A stretch of DNA of 64,000 nt from Protoeuglena noctilucae. Lineage: Eukaryota. A program made the position numbers and the translations under genes. The notes beneath the pieces are model-generated. The model searched no databases. It saw only the letters and a program-made list of their open reading frames with translations, and had not been told where the DNA came from. Below, one piece after another: positions 11,498 through 22,400 of this stretch. Position 1 is the stretch's first letter, and every line of letters starts with the position of its first letter. Location of the stretch: the NCBI GenBank assembly GCA_958009085.1, contig OY253677.1:434001-498000 (forward strand). Reading direction: 5' to 3'.

Positions 11498-13312
11498 ATG
11501 GGGAGCGTCTTCTCCTGCTGCTCATCTGCACCCGATCAGGGAAAAGGGCAGGTTGCCCCGGCAGTGCAGCCGACAATTGCCGCACCTGCTCATGAGGAGC
11601 CGGCCGAGACGTTGGCCCACGATGCATCCGAGCTGCTGGAGGTGCCCCCTCAGCCGCCCAAGCTCCCCGTCGCCAACGGACGCTACATGCTGGTCATCGA
11701 TGACGACCAAGACCCGGTGTCTTCACGGTGCGGACCCCGGCTGGCGCGTGCGCCTGCCTGCGCTCGAGTACCTGGGCTCGTCTCACTGCTTGCCTGCGAG
11801 TCTGCGTCGCTATATGTAACGTCCCCGGCAATTCCCGCCCTCCGCCACAGGCGCCCTTTCGTCCGCATTCGGGTCCCACGCCGCTCAAGCCTCGTCAGGT
11901 TCAGCAACTACCTGCGAGACTTGGACAGAAACACCCCCCCCGACCAACTGGTGCTGGAATGGAGTGAGGTTCCATCTGCCCTCTACTCGACGACAGGCGA
12001 GGGGAACGCTCCGTCATGGCGCGCCGGGCATGGACCCTGGACATACCTGGATGACTGACTGCGTCCCCCCCCGCGTGCGCGTGCAGTGGACGTGGCCATC
12101 AAGATCGCCGACGACGCCGCCCAGTACATCGACGACATCAACTCGGCCATCGTCACGGCCTGGCACAGCCTCGCGACGGCCGTGCACCCCACGGAGAAAG
12201 ACGCGGAGAACCTCTTCCTCCTCGCCATGCGCCTCGACGCGCCCGTACTCTACATCACGGCCGCTATCTACCTCAACCGCGATGCTGCCGTGTACGACGG
12301 CCCCCAGGGGATGCTCCCGGCATACAACGACGGCGCCTCGCTACTGACGGGCCGGGGGCTGCAAGAGCTGGTGCAGCGGATCCCGGTTTTGCAGGCGGAC
12401 ATGGCCCAGTTCGACCCGCCCCTGAGCCTCCGGGCGCTGGACATGCTGTGCCTGGCGGGCGCGCTGCATTTGGTGTGCGAGAGTATCTCCCTTCACACGT
12501 GGGATAACGTCGTGCCTCGGCTGCCAAAAGCCTTCCTCAAGGCCATCGAGGGAAGGCACTTGAGGGTCATGAAGTACCTGGTCGACGTGTGCGAGCGGGA
12601 CCACAGCGTCTTGCGCGACATGGTGACGGCGGGGTGGCCCCCATGCACCGGGCACTCGGCGATGCGCTACCTCGCCGAGCACTGCACGGGCCGCAGCGGT
12701 GACGGCTTCGCCCGCGACGCGACCAGGCTCCTCATCGACTGCTACCGGAAGGTGGACGGGCTGGAGGGCATGCAGACGCACAAGAGCCACGCGATCCTGC
12801 GTGCAAGTGCCCGGCACGGCGCGACGGACGTGCTGCAGGAGCTCTTGGGGGCGTACCAGTGGGGTCTGCCGGCGACGACGTCCTTGGGGGCAGTGGGTCT
12901 GGAGGCGGGGTCGCACGAGTGCCTGTACCACGCGTCGAGGCGTTCCGACTCCACGATGATCCAGCTGCTGCTGGTGCGATACAAGCGGCCCGGGTTCGAG
13001 GACGTGCTGAGGAGGGGACTCAAGGCCAAGCAGCACAGGGCTATCCGGGCCGCGGCGTGCCTCGCCCTGCTGGGCCCGACCGACACCTTCCAGCAACTCC
13101 TCGGGGCGTACCAGCACGCGGATCCCAGCAACCGCTTACTCGCCGAGGTCATCGCGATGTCCGACGACGTGCGGGAGGGTGAGTGATTTGGCGCAGGGAT
13201 GGCAGGCGGCGAGCCCAGAGCGCACTGCCATACCACTGAGTGGCCCGTGCTTGCAGGTGGCGTGCCAGTGAACCCTGACCCTGTCAGCATCACGGCGAAC
13301 GCGCTGGTCTGA
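11498..13312 (+). CDS. Putatively N-myristoylated/palmitoylated protein with BTB/SKP1-like segment and degenerate ankyrin-like repeats
   Basis: Starts MGSVFSCC. Exons ~11498-11727, 11899-~11963/11996, 12087-13178, 13257-13312. Ankyrin-like units AFLKAIEGRHLRVMKYLV, AILRASARHGATDVLQELL, CLYHASRRSDSTMIQLLL, AIRAAACL...TFQQLL. BTB-like SRFSNYLRDL...ENLFLLAMRLDAPVL. Confidence 0.65.
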
Positions 13313-13839
13313 GTTCCACACCCGACATTGTTGATAGGGAAGTGATATTACCTATCCATCTTAGTACAGCATGATGTCAGCAGCACCAGTTGCCCTGCGG
13401 CCAGCTGTTGAGCGGCGCACACTTTAAAGCGCATTTCACGGAACTGACCATGGCCAGAGGGCCGACAGAGGCTGCTCTGGATTAAGACATCGTCACTTCG
13501 CGTCTCACCAGGGGCCTTTCTGGCATCCCCAGGTATGCCCTGCTTCTATGGTCTGACAACGGGCATTTAATCACCAGCCTCGCAAATACAGCGTATGTTT
13601 CTTGCACGTTCTTGCGGCTCGCGCGCGCTATTCTTGCGCTCTTCGCGCTTCACGTTTCGAGTTCCATGGCAGCCGCAACTTTGGTAGGCCCGTTGCCGCA
13701 GGCATCTGTATATATTTGCTGTGCTAGACGACATTAATACCGCTGGTGGACAGAGGGGCAGAGATTCGCGCGAGCTGCGCGAGGAGGGACGGTGGAAGGC
13801 TCTCCGCCCCCGTGAAGCCGTATCCGCCATCCCCGCGAC

Positions 13840-16130
13840 ATGTCGCCGGCGTCCCAGGTTGCGATGGCGCCACAGGGGCCGGCAGGTGCGTCTGATGGGC
13901 CGAGAGCGGCGCGGCCCCGAGCGCGGCGGCCTGCGCAGAGCCTGCGGTCGGTTACGGTGTCCACAAGCCAGCGCGGCGATTATTTGCAGACACCCTCCGA
14001 CCCGTGCACACAAAATTTTGTAAACATGATTCTGGAATAACCGCTGGAGCATGTAGGGCTGGCAACTGCGTGCGGCCGCATCTGGTTGCTGGTTGCTGGT
14101 CGATGCATACATGTGGCGGCCACCCCCGAGGGGGAGCGCGGGCCAAACGATGAAAAATTGCCACTTACCATTTTGTTCATCGATAGTTGCTCCCTGGGTG
14201 CAGGGGGGCCGAGTGCGGGTCAGGGCCACGCCAGCTCCACTGTGGCTCCGACCCAAGCGCAACTGACCAAGGCGGATGAGGCACAGGTCATGCTCGACGT
14301 GTTCCTGAGAGTCATGGAGGCTGACGAGAGCGAGGAAAACGAAAAGTTCATCGACAGGATGAACAAAATTTCAGGCGTGGTCCATGGTGTGCAGTGTGCC
14401 GTCAAGGACATGCCCTACTTGCAAGTGGTGGCACCAATCCTCGGCATAGCAAGCACCCTGTTCAAGCTGTTTGCTGACACAAGGGCGAACCATGGCGACG
14501 CCAGAGCTTTGATCCAAGAAGTCGAGCTTGTTACCAAGGGCGTGTACGGTCGCTTATACGAAAGGGTGGAGGCTGGCTACGGTGTCACCAATGTCGACGT
14601 CGTCAAGGGACGTTTGGAGAACCTCAAGAAGAGCTTGATGAATACTGAGAAGACTGTGGAGGTGTGGTGGTCTATATGCGCGGCCGGCTTTTCGGGCCTG
14701 GGCCCCCCCAAGGGGGTACTGGCTTGGCTGGTTCCGGCAGGAACCCTATCCAAGTCCCCCCAGTGCCCTTGCAGCCAAGGCAGAGCTTCATGCATGGCAG
14801 TCAGATGAATCGATCTCCTTGCATTGGAGTGATTGCAGAAATTTTTTAAGGAGCCAAATTTCGTCAAGGCTATAAAGAGCACGGGCTGGGCAAGGAAGTT
14901 CCAGGCGTGCAGGGACAATCTGGAAGACAAGGCGAGTAATATCTGCTGTCGTGTCGGGTCAGCTCTGCCACACATGCCAGAGCTACATGCTTTCACAGCA
15001 TTTCACAGCTGTGCATAGCACGAGAATTTCTGCAAGCGACCTGCTTTTCTTCTTTCTTGACTTGCAGTACAATTTTTTTTGCGAGGAGCTGCCGTGGCTG
15101 CCGCCGTCAGCCCGGCGGCGGCGCAACGTGGCTGCCTACCAGGAGAGCATGCTTGCGGACTTGAAGTTGACGGCAAAGAAGGGGGGCGTCGTGGATCTTG
15201 AGGCAAGATAGCTGCGCAATCCGTAGTTGTGGATTGGCAATTGCTTAAGCGAAGCATTTACAGCACGTGATGTGCTGTAAAGACTCTCCCTTTGGTGTGG
15301 TGTCGCAGGGCCTCTGCGTGACCTTAACGCCCTCGCAGCCCCTCGTGGTTGCCAACGCCGTGAAGCTCACAATCGCGAACGGGACCCTGGAGATGTGCAG
15401 TTGTGACGCCCCGCACGGGTACGCTATCAGTGTGGAAAATCGGGGGACCTCTCTTATTATGGAGGGTGTGACCCTGGTCACGGCAGGCATCCTGTGCTGT
15501 GATGGTGGAGAGGCGCTGCTCACGGGGACGACCATCAAGGGTGCGCCCGAGTTCGGCGTGCGGTGTGTCTGAGGCGGAAAGGCCAAGCTGGTTAACGTGA
15601 CAGTCTCGGCAGCCAAGAAGTACGGGCTGCATGTCGATGGGGACAAGAGCATGATGAGCGTGCAGGGGGGCACCGTGGAGGGGGCGGACGGCAACGCCAC
15701 TGGGGTCATGTGCCAGAACGAGGGCCGGGTGGAGATGGCAGAGGTGGCGCTGGCGCGGTGCCTGGGTGTCGTGGTATCCGGCAAGGGCAGCAGAGCGGTG
15801 ATAGAGAGGGGCAGCATCAAGGAAGCGGGGCAGAACAGCGGCGTGTTCTGCCAGTACGGCGCGTCAGCGGAGCTGGACAGCGTGACCATCTCCGACTGCC
15901 GCTGCGGGGTGTCTCTGTTCCATATGGGCAGCAGCGTGAAGATCACGGGGGGCGCGATCCTGGGATGCGTCGAGGACGGGGTGCACCTGGCCAAGGACAC
16001 GGCCGCAGAGCTGCGCCGCGTGACGGTGCTCAGATGCGGGCGGCACGGCATGCACTGCGTCGGCGGCCAGCTGATCGAGGAGGGGTGCAACCTTAGCGAG
16101 TGCGCGCAGGGGAGCGTTTTCAAGCGGTGA
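13840..16130 (+). CDS. MLKL/HeLo-like N-terminal four-helix bundle fused to a right-handed parallel beta-helix (~517 codons); in-frame TGA at 15570-15572 (possible pseudogene)
   Basis: Exons 13840-13885, 14204-14661, 14839-14931 (GC donor), 15068-15202 (GC donor), 15309-16130, all phase-compatible. Beta-helix coils GILCCDGGEALLTGTTI, GVRCV*GGKAKLVNVTV, GVFCQYGASAELDSVTISDC, GVHLAKDTAAELRRVTVLRC. Confidence 0.65.
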
Positions 16131-16496
16131 TAAACCGCAGCGCCTGCCTGCCCTGGCACTGAGGCCGTGGATGGAGTTGTGCAGGGTACGACCATTGCTG
16201 TTTATGCATCGTGTGGAGGACACCGAGGGTGCTGTCGCCTGCTGCGACCTAAGGATAGGCCGTGTGCCATGCTTTGAATTCCGTTTCACATTCTGTCGGC
16301 CTTGCACTCCGCGCCTGGGGCCCTCAACCCAGGCACGGGGCGTCGGCCGTTGCAAAAGACTAGCACTAGCACTAGCACATCCACCATGTCATCGTTTGAT
16401 CATGCTATCTAGGTGCTTCTACGTGAGTCACAACCACGACAGTCAATCACAGACAACACGTCGGGAGGGGGCCATAATCCATCATCCCCGCCGCCA

Positions 16497-19400
16497 TCAC
16501 CGCCTCTTCCCTCCCTGCCCCTTCTCGCCCTTGCCCCCCTCGCCGCTCCTCTTCCGTGCGCCCCGGGCCACCCACTCCGCCCCCGGCCACTGGCTGGGGT
16601 CGCTGTCGCCCTGCACACCCGCCGCATCCGCCACGCCCTCCACCATTGGTACACCGGTCCCCCCGCCCCTCGCCGCCACCAGCAGCGACGCCGCCAGCGC
16701 CTCCAGCCTCTTGGCGCGAGATGCGGCGGCCTCCAGGTCCCGGCTCCTCGCCTCCAGCGCCACCGTCAGCCTCTCAATGCGAGCGTCCCGGGCCCTCACC
16801 ACGTCCCGCAGCAGCCGCTCTGCAAAGACGACGCAGGGGCGGGGAATGCTTCGGTGGCAAGAGAAAGCGAGTGCCGCGAAACGACATTTTACAATGCTCG
16901 CTGTCAACCTCGACCACCAAGCCCTTGCACTTCACACCGTGCGCATCCCCGCCACCAGCGCAGCTCTGCCTGACCCACACCCAGTGACCCAGCTCAGACT
17001 TCCCTACGCCCCTCACCGGTCTCAGAAGACGCCGCTTTGCGCATCGCCGCCGCGTCACGGGCGGCAGCGACCGGCCCATCCCGCGACGCAGTGGCCGCCT
17101 CCGCCAGCGCCCTGTGCCGCGCGCACTCCGCCTCCAGCTCTTCCCTCCTCGCCTCCAGCGCCTCGCACCGCTTCCGAGACTCTCCCAACTGCCCCTGCAG
17201 CACCGCGAGGTCCTTGGCCATCTGTGACGCAAGGTCGCGTCCCTGGGGGGGCGAGAGCGAAGGCGGTGTCGGCACGCCCGGGGTGGGGAGCGGCCATGTG
17301 ATGAGGTGACGTGACGCTCCAGCTAGTGCCCTCTCGACCCTATCTCACCTTGTCCACCACCTCCCGCAGGGCCGCCTTGGCCGCCGCTTTCCCCTCCCGC
17401 TCCCTCCGCGAGTCCTCTGACAGACGCTCGCACCGCGCGCGCAGCACCGCCACCTCCCGCCGCAGCGCCAGCATCGGCTGCCGGGCCGCGGACGCCATCG
17501 CCTGCGCCACCAGCGTCGCCACCGCCCACGCCACACCCGGCCCTGGCCCCTCCCCATCGCCCGTCTCTGCCTCCGCCCGCACATTCCCACCACGGCCCTC
17601 CACCCGCCGCCACCCCCGCCCGCACCCCACGCACACCCCCTCCCGCACCCGCACCCGGGGCAGGCCGCTGCCCCCCGTCCCCACCGGCCCGTGCTCCAGA
17701 GCCACCCTCCTCGCCACCCCATCCGCCGCATCCGCCCCGGCCCTCTCCACACCTGCCACCGCCCCTCTCATGTGCGTCAACGCCTCCACCTGGCGCAGCG
17801 CATTCGCCAGCGCCACCTCCTTTGCCGCCAACTCCCTCCGCAGCAACGCGGTCTCCGAATCGACCCCCACTGACGACCCCGGCCCCTCGACCCCACCGCC
17901 CGCCTCTGCCCTTGCACCTCCAGCCACCTCTGCCTCTACCCTCACACTTTCCGTCACCACCGTCCCGTCTGCCCCCCTTCGCACCCCCGCTTCTGCTGCC
18001 ACCAGCGCTGCCGTCAAGTCCGCACGCTCTCCCTCCAGCGCCGCCACCCGGCCCCGCAGCGCCGCCGCCTCCTCCGCCGCCCTCGCCAGCTGCCCCTCCA
18101 GCACCTCCGCCCGCGTGCTCACCGCCCCCACCTCGCGCTCCGCCTTTGCCTCAGCAACACGCGCAACCTCCTCCGCCCTCACCCGCCCCGCCCTCGCCTC
18201 ACGCTCCCCCCTCTCCGCCGCCTCTACCAAAGCCTCCAGCCGCGCCGCCCGCTCCCTCGCCACCCGCAAATCCTGCGCGAACGCCTCTGGCACGCGCCCG
18301 CGCCAGCCACCCTCCGCACGGTACGCAGCCAACGCCGCCTCCGCCTCCGCCCCCTCCATCCCCACCCCTACCACCCCCGCCAACGCCCCCTCCGCTGCCG
18401 CCGCGCTCTGCTCCCCGTCGTACCGCGCGCTGCCCGCCTGCGACTGCCCCTCCCTCCCCACCACGCCACCTACTGAGTCCCCCACCGTTGGCCCACCCAC
18501 CGCCGTCGCCACCGTCACTGGTGCTGTAACCTGCCCCGGCTGCCGCAGCCGCGACGGAGTCCGCGGCACCCGCGGCGCCCCCGCCGGCGTCCGCAGCGCG
18601 TCGATGCCCTCCGCCCGCGCCGTCACGGGCCGCAGTGCCTCGGCAAACAGCCTCTGCCTCGTGCCACGCACCCCGCTCGTCACGCCCGCACCATCCCCCG
18701 ACCTCCCGCGCCCCGGGCTGCCCTCCGGCACCCTCGCAAGCAAATCCTCCGTAGGTGTTTGCGTTTGTGTTCCCCCATCGCTCCCCTCCCTGCCCCCAGA
18801 CCCCTCCCCCACACCGCCTGGCTCGAACAGGGGGTTGCTTCCCATGCGTCGCTCCCCACGGCTCGACGCTCCACCGCTCTCCGTCCCCCCCGGCGACTCG
18901 GACGTTCCCTGTGACTCCTCTGCCAGGCCCAGCAGGTCCGACAAGGTCGCCTGGGCCCCACCCGTCTCTGCCTCGCCCCCCTCACGCACCGCCCCTCCCA
19001 CCTCGTCACCCTCTCCACCCACTTCCCCCACGTCGATGCGCGCGTCAGACATGGCAAACACCGACGCCGCGCTTCCCAGCTCCGACAGCCCCGGCAGCAG
19101 CGCACCCGAAGCCTCGGGGGACCCCACCGCCCCCGACACTCGCAATGCTGACCGCGCACCCGCCGCATCCTCAGCCAACGCCCCCGACACTCGCGGCTCT
19201 CCACCCACACCCGCCGCATCCTCTGCCCCTTCACCGCGGCTGCTCTCTGGAGCCTCCCACCTCCCGCCACGCGGCGTGCGGCTACCCCCCGCGCCCTTCC
19301 TGCTCCCGCCATGCGCTGCCCCTGTACTCTCGCGCGCCCCCCGCATCGCTCGCCGGCCCTCAGGAGTCTTGGCAGGGCTCATGTCGAAGAACCCGCCCCG

Positions 19401-22400
19401 CCTGCGCCCCGCCACCGCGCTGCCCCGGGCGCTGCCCAGTGGGGATGGGCCCGAGGACCCCGCTGGAAGCCCTGTGCCCCCAACTGCGTCGCTCTGACTG
19501 AGAGCATCCCGGGACAAGGACAGCTCCGTCTGTGCAGCGTCCCTCGGCGTTGCGGGAAGGCCGAACTCCGGGTCCGGCGTGAAGGGCGCGGGGTAGAGCC
19601 CCGCACCCCCCCGCAGCCGCAGCACCGTGTGCGACGCCTCCACTGTCCCCAGCTCCCCTGCACCGTCCCACGGCCCGCCGCCCCCGCGCAGCCGCAGCAC
19701 CGAATGCGGCGCCTCTGCTGTGCCCAGCCCCTGCGGCTCCCTCTCAGCATCCGCTGCAGCAGCGGGGGTCCCTGGGGCCTGGCGCGCCCCCGCAGATGGG
19801 CTGGCCCTGGGCGCGGCTGCTGGGCTCCTGGCCTGGAACCGCGAAGTGCGGGCGGGGGACCCAGGCGCGCCTGTTTGCGCTCTCCCCGCCTGCACAGCCC
19901 TGCGCTTGCCGCCACCTGTGATGCCCTCCCTGCGCCCCCCGCCCCCCCTCTGCTCCCAACAGCGCCGCGGCGGTCATCCCTTCCGCCAGGGACNNNNNNN
20001 NNNNNNNNNNNNNNNNNNNNNNNNNNNNNNNNNNNNNNNNNNNNNNNNNNNNNNNNNNNNNNNNNNNNNNNNNNNNNNNNNNNNNNNNNNNNNNNNNNNN
20101 NNNNNNNNNNNNNNNNNNNNNNNNNNNNNNNNNNNNNNNNNNNNNNNNNNNNNNNNNNNNNNNNNNNNNNNNNNNNNNNNNNNNNNNNNNNNNGGCCTCC
20201 TCGCACCGATGCTCAGCCGCCCTCGCCTCGCGCCGCGCCGCCGCTGCGTCCCCCGCCGCCGCCGCCGCCACCGCTGCCGCCGCCTCCAGCTCCGCCTCCG
20301 CAGCAACCCGCGCCCGCGACTGTGCCGCCCCCTCCTCCGCCAGCACCCCGATCTGCGACTCCGCCTCTCCCAGACGCCGCTGCAGGTCGGCAGCAAGCGC
20401 ACGCGAGCCCTCCAATTCCACCGCCAGTTGAGAAGGGTTTGAGGGACCCTGGGGGACGGCATCAGCCGCCTGTGGTGCTGGCGTAGCATGGTGGTGGGAT
20501 TGGGCGCCGTCATCCAGCAACCGCGGCCCTTCCGACTGCACCCCGACGCTCAACCCTGCTCGCATCTCAGCTGCCTGCGTCCCTGCATTGGACATGGTTG
20601 CAGAGGTGTCTGTGGCAGTGGCCACCGTTAGGGCGAGAGGCGCGGCCTGTGTGGAGGTATTCTGGCCAGGCCTCGCAGCCGTGTCCAGGCTGACGTACGC
20701 GGCTGCCGTCTCAGGGAGGGCCGCCTGGGTTTGGGCGTGCGCGGTGGGGGCGATGGCTGGGTCGGTGCCCCGTTCGGCCGTTGCCGCTGTCGCCCACACA
20801 CCAGCGTCCGCGATCGATGCAGATGCTTGGCCCGCCGCGTCATGCGATGCCGCTTGGGTCGTCTGCTGCCCTGCATCGCGAGCCCCGTCCTGTGTAACAG
20901 TTTCCTCCCCCTGGTCACGCACAGCAGAGCTGCTGGTCTGCTGCTCAGCGTCATGGGCGTGGCGTGCAACCGTCTGCTCGCCCCAGTCATGCACACGTGC
21001 TCCCTCCGTCTGCTGCCCCGCCTCATGATGGACACGCACAAGCGTCTGCTCGCCCTCATCGCGTGTGGCAGTGCGAGCACCGTCCGTCTGCTGCCCAGCA
21101 TCGCGACCCACTCTCACAGGCGTCTGCTCGCCCTCGTCACGCACGCCAGCCCCGACCGTCTGCTGCCACGCGTCGCGAGCCCCGCTCTGTGTGACTGTCT
21201 GCTCTCCCTGTTCGCGCACAGCAGTACCGCGAGTCTGCTGCGCGGCGTCCAGGCTCGCTTGCGCTGTCATCTGCGTCCCGGCGTTGCGGACGGGGGACCG
21301 CGGAGCAACAAACGTCGACACGGGCAGACCAGGGCGGGCAGGGCTCTGCGGCAGCTGCCCATTCGATGCACGCCGCTCCATTGCTGGCCCACCGGCCTCC
21401 TGCACCGTCCCCTGGCCGGCAAGTGTGACCGGTGCAACCGGTGTGTCGGCCTGGGATGCTCGGGACAGCGACAGGGGTACCGCGAGAGAGCCCTGCGAGT
21501 GCACTTCTGCCATAGCCTGCGCCCCTCGCGACACAGTCACGGGGCGTGGGCTTTGAATATCGCTGGCGTCTGTGGGTCGCCCAGACTCGGTCACCAATGG
21601 GAGCCCTGATTGTGCGGTCATTTTGACGGCGCGTCGCAGGTGACCCAGCTCTGCCTCCAATGCCCCCCGCTCCCCACGCAGGCGCCCCAGCTCCGCAGCC
21701 ATGTCCACCAGCTGCCCCTCCAGATCCGCCGCCCTCTGCAGCGCCTCCCCCAGCGCTGCCACCTGCTGCGCCGTCCCCGCTTCCTGTGACGCACGGCGAT
21801 CATTCACTGCACGTGTCGCCGCCTCGCGTGCCGCGGCCAGCTCTTCGCCCGCCGACGCCAGAGCAACCCGCAAAGCCTCTGCGCGGCCCTCTGCCTCAGC
21901 TACACGTGACACCTCCACCAGTGGCAGTGCCTGGTCCCTGGACGGCGTAATGGGGGCCACAGCCGCAGCTGCTGCAGCTGCCGCTTCGGCCTCGGCCACC
22001 CGGGCCTCTGCGGCGGCGAGTAAGCCCGCCAACGCCCGCGCCAGGCGCGCGGCCTCTTCCCTTCCAGTTGCCGCCTCCGCCACCGCCTCTGCCACCCGCG
22101 CTTGCGCCGCCACCACCTCCCGTCGCAACGCCACGTCCCGCTGCTGCGCTGCCTCCTCCACGTCCACGCAACGCGCACGCCACGCCTCCATGCTCCTGCC
22201 GAGCTCCTCCACCTCCCGCCGCAGGCCCTCCGCTGCTTGGACTGCGACGTCGCACTCTCGCTGCGACGCCTCAACTGCCTCCTGCGCCGCCCGCAGTTCC
22301 TCCCGCAAAGCCGCAGCCGCGCCCGCTTCCACCGCCGCGCGGTCTCCCGCCTGCAACGCCGCCTCCAGCGTTGCCCGGAGCACTCGCACTTCCTCCGCCA

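Noticed and set aside
13330..13455. Possible C/D snoRNA or hairpin in the intergenic region
   Set aside because: Imperfect C box (ATGATGT), no convincing terminal stem and no recognisable rRNA guide.
15570..16400. Selenoprotein
   Set aside because: The TGA is not at a Cys-equivalent position of the repeat, there is no redox motif, and no SECIS was recognised by eye; not formally excluded.
19744..20206. C-terminus of the 5111-aa ORF as listed in the track
   Set aside because: The frame past the 200-N placeholder is arbitrary; the coding-like continuation is the frame of ORF 17340-19895.
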